Shown one piece after another: positions 9,353-18,277 of a DNA stretch of 64,000 nucleotides. Source of the DNA: a bacterium (GTDB lineage: Bacteria > UBA8248); contig OZ241326.1 of assembly GCA_965199855.1 (NCBI GenBank), positions 768,001 through 832,000 on the forward strand, given 5' to 3'. How positions within the stretch are numbered: position 1 is the first letter of the stretch; every line of letters starts with the position of its first letter. Both the position numbers and the translations under genes were made by a program. The notes beneath the pieces are model-generated. The model was not told the origin of the DNA. It saw only the letters and a program-made list of their open reading frames with translations, and ran no database searches.

Positions 9353-9694
9353 TCAGGTCTTGAGCGCGAGCTTCGCCGAGAAGGTGAACGAGGCGCCCTC
9401 CCCTCCCACCGCCCAGGCGAGCCTGAGCCAGGGGCCGAAGTTCTCGAGCTTGAGGAGGGCCTTGCCCGCCTCGTCGATTCGCGCGGCCCTCGCGTGGACG
9501 AACGCCGCCTCATCGGCCGCCGGGCCGACCTCGACCGCCAGGTCGAGAGCGGGCGAGGCGCCCGAGGCCGCCGTCACGTCGATGAACAGCAGCGCCTCGG
9601 CGAAGCGGCTCACCTCGAACGCCGCGCTGCTCCCGCCCGCGGCGCGGGCCGCCGGGGGCGCGAGGACGATGGCGTGGACTCTCCTGTCGGGCAT
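9353..9694 (-). CDS. Putative head decoration/cement protein
   Basis: 113 aa beta-rich protein (LFIDVTAASGASPALDL, FGPWLRL, SFTFS) immediately after capsid gene. Confidence 0.5.
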   Translation of the reverse strand: MPDRRVHAIVLAPPAARAAGGSSAAFEVSRFAEALLFIDVTAASGASPALDLAVEVGPAADEAAFVHARAARIDEAGKALLKLENFGPWLRLAWAVGGEGASFTFSAKLALKT

Positions 9695-9723
9695 GGCTTC
9701 TCCTGTGAACGAGGCCGCGCGGG

Positions 9724-11790
9724 CTAGCCGGCGGGCGCGCCGCGGTAGAAGCCGCGGTAGTCCAGGACGGCGCCGCCGTAGACGTGCCTGATCTTGTAGC
9801 GAATCTTGTCCGCGCTGAATCCGCTGCCGGCCGAGGGGTTGTCCTCGATGAACAGCTCGGGCTCGCGCATGTCGTCCATGAAGCCGATCTCGATGGTGTC
9901 CATCAGCCCCGGGTCGGCGACGAGGAACCAGTTGTTCGCGTCGGTGAACTCCGGCACCCACAGGGGCTCCAGCCCCAGGCGGTTGATGACGCTGGGCTGG
10001 GTGGAGTTCTCTCCCGATACGACCTTGACGGAGGACTGGGTGACCTCGAAGGCCTCCTCGAGCAGCTCCGTCGGGTGGAGCAGATACCTGGGCCGCGCCT
10101 GCGCCGCCGCCTCGACGCCCGCCTCCCCGTAGAAGGTCTGCTGGCCCATCGCCTTGACGCCGGCGATGACGTTGTCGTAGGCGAGCGCGTTCGCCGACGT
10201 GTTGTTGTGGCTGGCGTGGAACAGGGCGGTTCCGTCATAGATGGCGGCGTTGCCCGTGAGGAAGCCGAAGACGAAGGCGTTCAGGGTGCGCTGCGCCGCG
10301 CGCGCCAGACGCTGGGGAATCATGCGGATCGCGCCCATGTCGTCGTTCTGTATCATCTCCCAGGTGAGCTCCTCGATGCCGCCGCGCTTGGACACGGAGT
10401 AGGTCACCTCCTCGTCCGTCGGAGAGGCCAGCGCGGGATACGACGCCTGCTCGGCGACCGTCTGCAGGTCGCCGTAGCCGCCCACGCGCACCCGGCGGTT
10501 CGTCCGGAAGTCCTTGACGGGCGCGGAGGAGGAGACGATCTTCCTCCACTGGTGAAACCGCTCGTCGCGGAAGTCCCGCAGCATGGCGCGCCGGATGGAA
10601 TCCCCGAACGCCTCGCCCCAGGAGCTCGCCTGAAGGGAGGCGGAGAGGCGGCGCGCCCCGCCGCGCTCCTCGCCGGCGCGGGGATGGTGGAAGGTCTCGG
10701 CGAAGAACCGGCCCGGGGTGAGGCGCCGGCCCGTGAAGTCCTGAAACGCCTCGCTCATGAAGCGGTAGGGCCGCTCGCCCTCCAGGGGCGCGTCGGACGA
10801 GCGCCAGAGGCCGTCCAGCGCCGCCCTCTTGCGATCCGCCTCGTCCCGAACCGCCTCCGCCCGCGCGCCGAACCCGCGCAGCGCGCCGCTCGCGGTGAGC
10901 TTCTCGAGCGTGGCGGCCTCGAGGCGAATCGCCTCCTCCGCCTCCGCCTCCGAGCAGCCGCCGCCGAGCTGCGCGCGCAGCTTCTCCCGCACGGGCTCCG
11001 GCAGGGCGGAGGCGTCGAGCTTCCGCGCGAGCGTCCGCCGCGCTCCCTCCTCCCGCGGCGCCTCCTCCGGCGCGCCGCCGTCTTCCCCGAGGTCCAGCTC
11101 GAGGCCCGCCTCCTCGCAGGCCGCGAGCAGCTGCCGCGGCGTCCAGCGCCCGCCGGGCTCCCCGGCCGATTCAGACGCCGCGCTCTTCAGTTTCCTCGCC
11201 AGTTTCTCGAACATCTTCGCCTCCGATCTGGTGGAATGGTGGGCGGCGAGACCCAATATCCCGCCTCCGAGCCTGCCCTTGTGCACGATATCGACGGAAT
11301 GCACCGCCAGAATTTCCTCGAAATGCAGGACGAGCCTCTCCTCCTCCTCGCGGAACTCCGCCCGGGCGAGCACGTCGAAGGAGAACCCGAACGGCTCCTT
11401 CAGCCCCCGCGCCAGGGCGTCCTGGGCGAGCGCCTGAAACCACGCGGCCGAGCGCGCGACCGCGAACCTGCTCATCAGCCCCTCCTCGCCCATGCGGACG
11501 CCGCGGTGCCAGCCGACCAGATCCCGAATGTCGGGGCCGCCGGGGGGCGCGTGGTTCGCGAACGCCTGCGCGCCCTCGAACAGGGGCGCGGCGCGGCGCA
11601 GCACCTCCCGGGGCAGGAACCACTCCCCGTCCTTCGAGTAGCCCGGCCGCGCGATGAGCACCTCGAAATCCCAGACCTCGCCCCCAGGCCCGGACGCCTT
11701 CGAGAGGGGGCGGACGAGGCGCCCCCGCAGGCGGAGGGGACGCGCCTCCCCGCCCGCGCGCGCCCGCGTTCGATTCACCCGTCTTTTCAA
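9724..11790 (-). CDS. Fused prohead protease-scaffold-major capsid protein (transposable-phage gpI/gpT-like)
   Basis: TTG at 11790 after AAGGAGG; protease motifs AFANH, GFSFD, SVDIV; capsid motifs KDFRTNRRVRVGGYGDL, KRGG, EMIQNDDMGAI, LFHASHNN, YKIRHVYGG-x-VLDYRG. Confidence 0.88.
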   Translation of the reverse strand: MKRRVNRTRARAGGEARPLRLRGRLVRPLSKASGPGGEVWDFEVLIARPGYSKDGEWFLPREVLRRAAPLFEGAQAFANHAPPGGPDIRDLVGWHRGVRMGEEGLMSRFAVARSAAWFQALAQDALARGLKEPFGFSFDVLARAEFREEEERLVLHFEEILAVHSVDIVHKGRLGGGILGLAAHHSTRSEAKMFEKLARKLKSAASESAGEPGGRWTPRQLLAACEEAGLELDLGEDGGAPEEAPREEGARRTLARKLDASALPEPVREKLRAQLGGGCSEAEAEEAIRLEAATLEKLTASGALRGFGARAEAVRDEADRKRAALDGLWRSSDAPLEGERPYRFMSEAFQDFTGRRLTPGRFFAETFHHPRAGEERGGARRLSASLQASSWGEAFGDSIRRAMLRDFRDERFHQWRKIVSSSAPVKDFRTNRRVRVGGYGDLQTVAEQASYPALASPTDEEVTYSVSKRGGIEELTWEMIQNDDMGAIRMIPQRLARAAQRTLNAFVFGFLTGNAAIYDGTALFHASHNNTSANALAYDNVIAGVKAMGQQTFYGEAGVEAAAQARPRYLLHPTELLEEAFEVTQSSVKVVSGENSTQPSVINRLGLEPLWVPEFTDANNWFLVADPGLMDTIEIGFMDDMREPELFIEDNPSAGSGFSADKIRYKIRHVYGGAVLDYRGFYRGAPAG

Positions 11791-11878
11791 GGGAGCCTCC
11801 TTTTCTCCTGTCCCCGCGATTGTCGATTTCCGCGCCGCGCCGGAGGCCGTCCGAAGGGGCGGCGGGCGCGACGGCGAC

Positions 11879-11929
11879 AATCTAGGACAGGCGGACCCGG
11901 AGGCGGGCGGCGCAAATGCGGGCAAATGC
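11879..11929 (-). promoter_or_regulatory. Putative activator-dependent late promoter 1 (capsid/tail module)
   Basis: GCATTTGC-CC-GCATTTGC (+ strand 11912-11929), 27 nt gap, then -10 TAGATT (11879-11884). Confidence 0.7.
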
Positions 11930-12110
11930 GCGCCCGGGCGCTTTTTTTCGCCGAAAATCGCCGATTTCGCGCTTCGCCCGTTTGCGGGCGCGTCAAAAGT
12001 GCGGCAACATGGGGGAACGCAACGGACGGCGGCGCTTCGCCCGCCGCCGCGACTCGCAGCTTCTCCGGGGATTCGGGCCGCCCTCCGGCGGCCCGGACGA
12101 GGCTCATCTC

Positions 12111-13373
12111 ATGTGGGGCGCCGCGCATCCGGCCTTGAACTTCCTCCAGAGCCTCTCCTGGAGCCACCTGATCGACATCGGCATCATGTGGTTCCTGCTC
12201 TACCAGGTCTATATCCGCTTCCGGGGCACCCAGGCCATGCGCCTTCTCGCGCGCGTGTTCGGGGCGTGGCTCGTCTATCTCGCCTCCCGGGCCGCCGGGC
12301 TGCACCTCACCTCGTTTCTGCTCTGGGCCATCTGGATCGCCGCGCTCATCCTGTTTCTCATCAACTTCCACGGGGAGATTCAGAGGATATTCTTCCAGCT
12401 CAATCCGGTGCGCCGCGTCTCCACCCTGCTGCGCCGGGCGATGCGCATCCGCCTGCCGGAGGAGAGCGTGGCCGCCGTCGCCGAATCCGCCGTCGCGCTC
12501 GCTCGCGCGAGCCTGGGCGCCATCCTCGTCGTGGAGCGCCGCGACTCGACCGAGGCGCTGCTGAGCAGCCCGGGCGAGAGGATCGACGCGGACATCCGCC
12601 CGGCGCTTCTGGAGACCATCTTCCTCAAGGGCGCGCCCTGCCACGACGGCGCCGCCGTGATCCGCGGAAGCAAAATCGCGCGCGCGGGATGCCTCCTCCC
12701 CCTCTCGGAGAACCCGGCGCTGCCCCCCTCGTTCGGCGCGCGCCACAGGGCGGCGGCGGGGGTCGCCGAGCGCTGCGACGCCCTGGCCATCGTCGTCTCC
12801 GAGGAGCGCGGCGAGATCACCTGCCTGGAAGGCGGCCAGACGAAGCGGGCGGCGAGCGGGGAGGAGCTCGTCTCCTGGCTCTCCGCGCGCCTGCGCGCGG
12901 ACAGGGGAGCGGCGCAGGCGGGGCGCCGCATGTCGCCCGGGCGCGCCCTGGAGAACTGGAAGCCCAAGCTCGCCGCCCTGGCCGCCGTCCTCTTTCTCTG
13001 GACGCTGGGGGGGCAGGGGGGGCGGAGCCCGCAGACGCTCTTCCCGGGGCTGGAAAGCCGGGCGGAGGAGGCGTTTCGCGTCCCGCTCCGCTTCTACAAC
13101 CTCCCGGAGGGCGCCGCCCTTCCCTCCGACGCGCCGCAAGCCGTGCGGGTCCGCATCGGGGGCAGGCGCGACCTTCTGAACTTCCTCGACGCCTCGCGCC
13201 TGCGGGTGAGCGTGAACCTCGCCGCCATGGCGCCCGGGGCGCGCGAGCGCGCCCTCACCGGCCGCGACATCGACCTGCCGGGCGGCCTCGAATTTCTGGG
13301 GGCGGAGCCGGCCACGCTGCGCTTCACCCTGGGGAAGGCGGGCGCGAAGGAGGAGAAGCGGGAGGCGCCCTGA
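12111..13373 (+). CDS. cdaA: Diadenylate cyclase (CdaA/DisA_N, 3 TM) fused to a YbbR/CdaR-like domain
   Basis: N-terminal TM helices, HDGA and RHRAA catalytic motifs, VVSEERG; C-terminal ENWKPKL-TM and VPL...VRVRIGG. Confidence 0.85.
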   Translation: MWGAAHPALNFLQSLSWSHLIDIGIMWFLLYQVYIRFRGTQAMRLLARVFGAWLVYLASRAAGLHLTSFLLWAIWIAALILFLINFHGEIQRIFFQLNPVRRVSTLLRRAMRIRLPEESVAAVAESAVALARASLGAILVVERRDSTEALLSSPGERIDADIRPALLETIFLKGAPCHDGAAVIRGSKIARAGCLLPLSENPALPPSFGARHRAAAGVAERCDALAIVVSEERGEITCLEGGQTKRAASGEELVSWLSARLRADRGAAQAGRRMSPGRALENWKPKLAALAAVLFLWTLGGQGGRSPQTLFPGLESRAEEAFRVPLRFYNLPEGAALPSDAPQAVRVRIGGRRDLLNFLDASRLRVSVNLAAMAPGARERALTGRDIDLPGGLEFLGAEPATLRFTLGKAGAKEEKREAP

Positions 13374-13674
13374 ACATTTTTCGCTTGCGTTTCCCGCGCG
13401 AAGGGGCGATATTGACAGCGTGGGATGGAAAAAGCCTGGACGCCGCCCGGCGCGAGCCGGAAGGAGCCGACGTGGAAAGCGGCTCCGGCTGATGGGCTGG
13501 CGCGAACGAACGGGAGGGTGCGATGATCTTCATCATCAATCGCTTCACCCGCGCGGAGTTTCCGCCCTCCCCGGCCCAGCGCGTCGGCCGGGCGGGGAGG
13601 AGACGGCAAGGCCGACGCCCATCCAAGGCGACCAGTCGCCTTTGCGGGTGAGCCTTCTCACCCGAAGAAAAGCC

Positions 13675-13717
13675 GAAAAGAGAGCGGGGCCCCTCTCGGG
13701 TCCCGCTCTTCTTTTCT
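13675..13717. terminator. Bidirectional intrinsic terminator
   Basis: GAAAAGAGAGCGGGGCCC-TCTC-GGGTCCCGCTCTTCTTTTC hairpin with A/T tails, between converging units. Confidence 0.65.
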
Positions 13718-13740
13718 CGCCGCTCCGCGAGCCTGCGGCC

Positions 13741-13944
13741 TCAGCCCTTCGCCGCCAGCTTCCGCATTTCGATCTCCAGCTGCTGGAGCCTGTTCTTGAC
13801 CACGTTGAAGTCGTATTCAAGCCCCTCGGCGAGCAGAACGAGGCCCTCGCAGAGCCTGCGCTTCCCGGGCGCCTCCTCCTCGCTCACCGAATCGAGAAGT
13901 TCGGCGAAAGCCTCCCTCGCGTGATGAAAGCTCAAGGCGCGCAC
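13741..13944 (-). CDS. Small coiled-coil hypothetical protein
   Basis: 67 aa, AAAAAGAGGGG before GTG, helical composition, followed by terminator. Confidence 0.55.
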   Translation of the reverse strand: MRALSFHHAREAFAELLDSVSEEEAPGKRRLCEGLVLLAEGLEYDFNVVKNRLQQLEIEMRKLAAKG

Positions 13945-14069
13945 CCCCTCTTTTTGAATGGACGCTGCGAAAGCGGAAAAATTCCCCGGCGGGGAGAGAT
14001 CCTACCCGCGTCTCTGCTAGAATCAAGCGCATCGACCAACGGGCCAGCGGCCCTTTCGAGGAGCCTCCC

Positions 14070-14564
14070 ATGCCGGAACGACCGAACGCGCCGCAGGTCA
14101 TCCTGCGCCTCATCCAGGGAACCCAGCTTCAGATGCTCACCACCACGGGCAGGCACTCCTACGTGCTGGACGAGCCGGAAAGCCGGGGCGGAACCGACCT
14201 CGCCGCCACGCCCTTCGAGTTCTTCGTCGCGGGCCACGCGGGCTGAGGCCTCTACACGCTGCTGGGAGCGGCGAAGAGCAGGGGCGTCCGCATCGACGAC
14301 GTGGAGGTTCACGCGGAGTTCAAGCGCAACGTCACGCCGAAATTCCACGCGGACTATCACGGCGACCCCGAGCGGAGGAAGCTGGCCATCGGCGTCATCC
14401 GAACGAGCTACTACGTTCGCGGCGACGTCTCCGAGGAGCAGCGGGCGGCGCTCCTGGAGGAACTCGCCAACTGCCCCATCCACAACACGCTGACGACGCC
14501 GCCCAGGCTCGAGGAGCGCATCGTCGTTCTGGCCGAAGGCGAGGCGCCGCCCCGGGAGGCTTGA
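14070..14564 (+). CDS. OsmC/YhfA-family protein with selenocysteine (UGA at 14244-14246)
   Basis: ATG 14070 after GAGGAG; DEPESRGGTD-x-AATPFEFFVAGHAG-UGA aligns with the OsmC first catalytic Cys; frame continues to CPIHNTL; hairpin follows UGA. Confidence 0.8.
14250..14278 (+). promoter_or_regulatory. Putative bacterial SECIS hairpin
   Basis: Upper stem CGCTGCT/AGCGGCG with GGG loop starting at the 11th nt after UGA; lower stem CTCT/AGAG. Confidence 0.6.
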
Positions 14565-14706
14565 GGCCCGGCGGGGAAAGGGGAGCCGCTCCCGAAGAAT
14601 TTCCCCGCGCGGACGCGGGGAGGCTCCGCGGAAAAGGACTGGACGCCCGGGCGCGAACGCGCCGTCGCCGGACGGGAACGCTCCCCGCTTGACGAGGAAG
14701 CGAGAG

Positions 14707-15606
14707 ATGAGAATCGGATTCATCGGATTGGGAAAGATGGGCGCCGGCATGGCGGCCAGCCTCCAGAGGGCGGGCCGCGCCCTCGTCGTTCACGACGTCG
14801 TCCGGGAGGCGGCGGAGGCGCACCTCGCGCGCGGGGCGCGGTGGGCGGATTCTCCCGCGGAGGTCGCCCGCGCGTGCGAAATCGTCCTCACCTCGCTTCC
14901 GGGGCCCCGGGAGGTGGAGAGCGTCGCCACGGGCTCCGGGGGCGTCCTCGAGGGCGCGGGCGCGGAAAGCGTCCTCATCGACCTCAGCACGGGCGCCCCC
15001 GCCGTCATCCGGCGGATTCACGAAAAATTCGCCGGGCGCGGGGCGCGCGTGCTCGACGCCCCCGTGAGCGGCTCCACCATCGGCGCGAGGACGGGCCGCC
15101 TCGCCATCATGGCGGGGGGCGAGCGGGAGGTCTTCGAGCGCTGCCGGCCCGTTCTCGAGGACATCGGGGATCGCCTCATCTACGCCGGCGAAATCGGCAG
15201 CGGCGCCGTCTGCAAGCTCGCCCACAACTGCCTGGGCTACGGCATTCAGGCGATCGCGGCGGAATGCTACACCCTGGGCGTCAAGGCGGGCGCGGCGCCC
15301 GAGGCCGTGGCCGAGGCGATTCTGAACGGCGCCGTGGGCCGGGGGGTGCACTTCAGCTTCCTCTTCCCCGAAACCTTCCTCAAGGGGAAATTCGACGAGC
15401 CGCACTTTCCGCTGAAGGGCGCGGTGAAGGACGTGGGGCTCGCCCTCGATATGGCCCGGGAGCACCGGGTGCCCATGACGATGGGCGGCATCGCCTACCG
15501 GGAGCTCGTCGCGGGCCTGAACCGGGGATGGGGAGAGGACGACGCGCGCCGCGCCATGACCCTCCAGGAGGAGCGCGCCGGCGTCCGGGTGCGGATTTCC
15601 GGATGA
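14707..15606 (+). CDS. 3-hydroxyisobutyrate dehydrogenase-family NAD(P)-dependent oxidoreductase
   Basis: IGFIGLGKMGAGMA, LDAPVSG, KLAHN. Confidence 0.9.
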   Translation: MRIGFIGLGKMGAGMAASLQRAGRALVVHDVVREAAEAHLARGARWADSPAEVARACEIVLTSLPGPREVESVATGSGGVLEGAGAESVLIDLSTGAPAVIRRIHEKFAGRGARVLDAPVSGSTIGARTGRLAIMAGGEREVFERCRPVLEDIGDRLIYAGEIGSGAVCKLAHNCLGYGIQAIAAECYTLGVKAGAAPEAVAEAILNGAVGRGVHFSFLFPETFLKGKFDEPHFPLKGAVKDVGLALDMAREHRVPMTMGGIAYRELVAGLNRGWGEDDARRAMTLQEERAGVRVRISG

Positions 15607-15693
15607 GGGGGCCGCGCGCCCCGGACGATGACGCGCGCCTTCGCCCCTGAGGCGCCCCCTCTCCCGCCGGAGCGCGAAGCGAGGAGCATCGGC

Positions 15694-16689
15694 ATGAAGC
15701 ACGGCATCGCCCTGCTGCCGCCCGAGCCGGCGGCCTACGCCCGCTGGTGCCGCCTCGCCGAGGAGGCGGGCTTCGCCGTCCTCTGGGTGCCCGACTCCCA
15801 GTCGCTCTACCGGGAGCTCTACGTCTCCTGCGCCGTCTGCGCCGCGAACACGAAGCGCGCCCTGCTGGGGCCCAACGTCACGAACCCGCTCACGCGGCAT
15901 CCGGCGGCGGCCGCGAGCGCCATCGCCACGGTGGACGAGCTCTCCGGCGGACGCGCGCTCTTCGGAATCGGCACGGGCGACAGCGCGGCGCTGAACCTGG
16001 GGCTGCGCCCCGGCCGGGTGGATGACCTGCGGGACTACGTCCTCGCCCTGCGCGGGACGCTCGAGGAGGGCGCCGCGCGCTGGCGGGGAAAGCCCTGCTC
16101 CCTGACCTGGCATCGAAAGCGCATCCCCATCTACCTCTCCGCCGAGGGGCCGCGAACGCTCATGCTCGCGGGCGAGATCGCCGACGGCGTCACCATCGGC
16201 TCCGGCCTCCGTCCCGAGGACGGCGCGCGCTCCGCGGGCCGCAAGGCGGACGACCTCGACGTCTGGTGGCTGGTGAAGGCGAACGTGGGCGAGGACGGGG
16301 CGCGGGCGCGCGAGGAGATTCGCGCCGCCCTCGCCGCCAGCGCGCATCACGCCTTCCGCTTCACGCTCGAGGGCCGGGGCGTTCCGAAGGAGCTGCGCTC
16401 CGCCGTCCGGACCCTGAAGAAGGAATACGCGTTCCACGAGCACGAGATGACGGACAAGCGCGCGAACGCGGAGCTCGTGGACAGGCTGGGCCTGCGCGAA
16501 TATCTGCTGAACCGCTTCGCCGTCGCCGGGACGCCCGCCGAGTGCCGAGAGCGCATCGCGGAGCTCGGGGCGATCGGCGTCGGGAACCTGAGAATCTCCG
16601 CCCACGTCCCGGACAAGCCCGCCTTCATCGAGAGATGGGGCCGCGAGGTGATGGGCCGGGACGCGCAGCCCGAAAGGACGCTTCCATGA
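15694..16689 (+). CDS. LLM-class (probably F420-dependent, Mer-like) oxidoreductase 1
   Basis: PDSQSLYRE, VTNPLTRHP, ELSGGRA-x-FGIGTGDSA, AEGPRTL-x-LAGEIADG. Confidence 0.9.
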   Translation: MKHGIALLPPEPAAYARWCRLAEEAGFAVLWVPDSQSLYRELYVSCAVCAANTKRALLGPNVTNPLTRHPAAAASAIATVDELSGGRALFGIGTGDSAALNLGLRPGRVDDLRDYVLALRGTLEEGAARWRGKPCSLTWHRKRIPIYLSAEGPRTLMLAGEIADGVTIGSGLRPEDGARSAGRKADDLDVWWLVKANVGEDGARAREEIRAALAASAHHAFRFTLEGRGVPKELRSAVRTLKKEYAFHEHEMTDKRANAELVDRLGLREYLLNRFAVAGTPAECRERIAELGAIGVGNLRISAHVPDKPAFIERWGREVMGRDAQPERTLP

Positions 16690-17687
16690 GACACGGCATT
16701 TCGTTCCGCCCGCCCGATACCGCCTCGTTCGCCCGCTGGTGCCGCCGCGCGGAGGAGGGCGGCTTCGACGCGGTGTTCATCCCCGACTCGCAGTCCCTCT
16801 ACCGGGAGGTCTATGTGTCGAGCGCGATATGCGCGATGGAGACGAAGAGCGTCCTCTTCGGCCCGTGCGTCACGAACCCGCTCACGAGGCACCCGGCCGT
16901 GGCGGCGAGCGCCATCGCCACCATCAGCGAGCTCTCCGGCGGGCGCGCCTTCTGGGGCATCGCCACGGGCGACAGCGCGGTGCTGAACCTGGGGCTCAGG
17001 CCCGCGAAGCTCGCCGACATGCGCGAATACGTCCTCGCCGTCCGGGGGATGCTCGAGGAGGGAAGCGCGCGCTACAAGGGCAAGGACTGCCGGCTGAGCT
17101 GGCATCGCGCCCGCGTTCCCATCCACGTCGCCGCCGAGGGCCCCAGGACCCTGCGCCTGGCGGGCGAGGTGGCCGACGGCGTCATCATCGGGACCGGCCT
17201 CTTGCCCGAGGTGGTCGCCGACGCGCTCCAGTTCATCGACGAGGGGGCGCGCGAATCCGGCAGGCGCGCGGAGGATCTCGACCTCTGGTGGCTCGCCGAC
17301 GCCCACGTGGACGCGGACGGGGAGCGCGCCCGCGAGGACGTCCGCACCGCCCTCGCCGCCAGCGCGCACCATTCGTTCTCCTTCACGCTGGAGGGCAAGC
17401 GCGTCCCGAAAGAGCTGGAAGCGGGCGTCCGCGCCCTCCGGGAGGGCTACCGCTTCTCCGAGCACGGCCTGATGGACAAGTCGAACAACGCCGCCCTGGT
17501 GGACGAATACGGCCTGCGGGAGTATCTGGCGGCGCGCTTCGCCATCGTCGGCACCCCCGCCGAATGCCGGAAAAGGCTCGCGGAGCTTGCGGCGCTCGGC
17601 GTCCGGGGCCTGCGCATCAACAACAACCTGCCCGACCGCGTCGAGTTCATGGACGCCTGGAGCAGGGAGGTGCGGGGGATGGGGTGA
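16686..17687 (+). CDS. LLM-class (probably F420-dependent, Mer-like) oxidoreductase 2
   Basis: Tandem paralogue with the same motifs; ATGA overlap. Confidence 0.9.
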   Translation: MRHGISFRPPDTASFARWCRRAEEGGFDAVFIPDSQSLYREVYVSSAICAMETKSVLFGPCVTNPLTRHPAVAASAIATISELSGGRAFWGIATGDSAVLNLGLRPAKLADMREYVLAVRGMLEEGSARYKGKDCRLSWHRARVPIHVAAEGPRTLRLAGEVADGVIIGTGLLPEVVADALQFIDEGARESGRRAEDLDLWWLADAHVDADGERAREDVRTALAASAHHSFSFTLEGKRVPKELEAGVRALREGYRFSEHGLMDKSNNAALVDEYGLREYLAARFAIVGTPAECRKRLAELAALGVRGLRINNNLPDRVEFMDAWSREVRGMG

Positions 17688-17743
17688 GAGGGGGGAGCGA
17701 AGCAGTTTTCCTTCGGCCGGACGCCCTGAACAACCCGGCCGCT

Positions 17744-18277
17744 CTAACGGGAAGACGCGGCTTCCAGTTCCTCGACCCGCTCGCCGTCCTCGCTTTCCTG
17801 TCGGCGGCGTCGCCCGGCGGCTTCAATCGCCCGGGCGATGACGGAGAACGACTTCGGGGGGCCATACGAGCCTCTCACGTCCAGTTGCCGCAGTTTGTCC
17901 GTTTCCCAATCCGCGAGACGCCTGAACACCCTGGAGACGACCTGCTGCCGGGATTTGACGCGGGAGACGTCCTCCCCTTCCTCCTCCAGGAAGGCGCGGA
18001 CGCTGTTGACGTTCGGCATGAACCTCTTTTCCTCGTATTTCCTCGCAAGCGCCATGAGAGCGTTCTTTTTTCCCTCATCCGGCAACGCAAGGGATTCCAC
18101 GATGGCCACGGCGTTCGGCCTGGGTCGCGGCTTTCTCGCCCGCTTGACGGAAGCATTTATTGAGACGGGCGCGTTTGCCCGGGCGGGGCCGCAATCCTCC
18201 AGCGCTCTGCGAACCGCCTCGTATCCGCAATCCTCGACAAGGACCGACAGCAGGCTTCTCAAAGCGGTTTTTTTCAC
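17744..18277 (-). CDS. Hypothetical protein translationally coupled to ParA
   Basis: 177 aa, GTGA overlap with ParA stop, lower GC than flanks. Confidence 0.6.
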   Translation of the reverse strand: MKKTALRSLLSVLVEDCGYEAVRRALEDCGPARANAPVSINASVKRARKPRPRPNAVAIVESLALPDEGKKNALMALARKYEEKRFMPNVNSVRAFLEEEGEDVSRVKSRQQVVSRVFRRLADWETDKLRQLDVRGSYGPPKSFSVIARAIEAAGRRRRQESEDGERVEELEAASSR

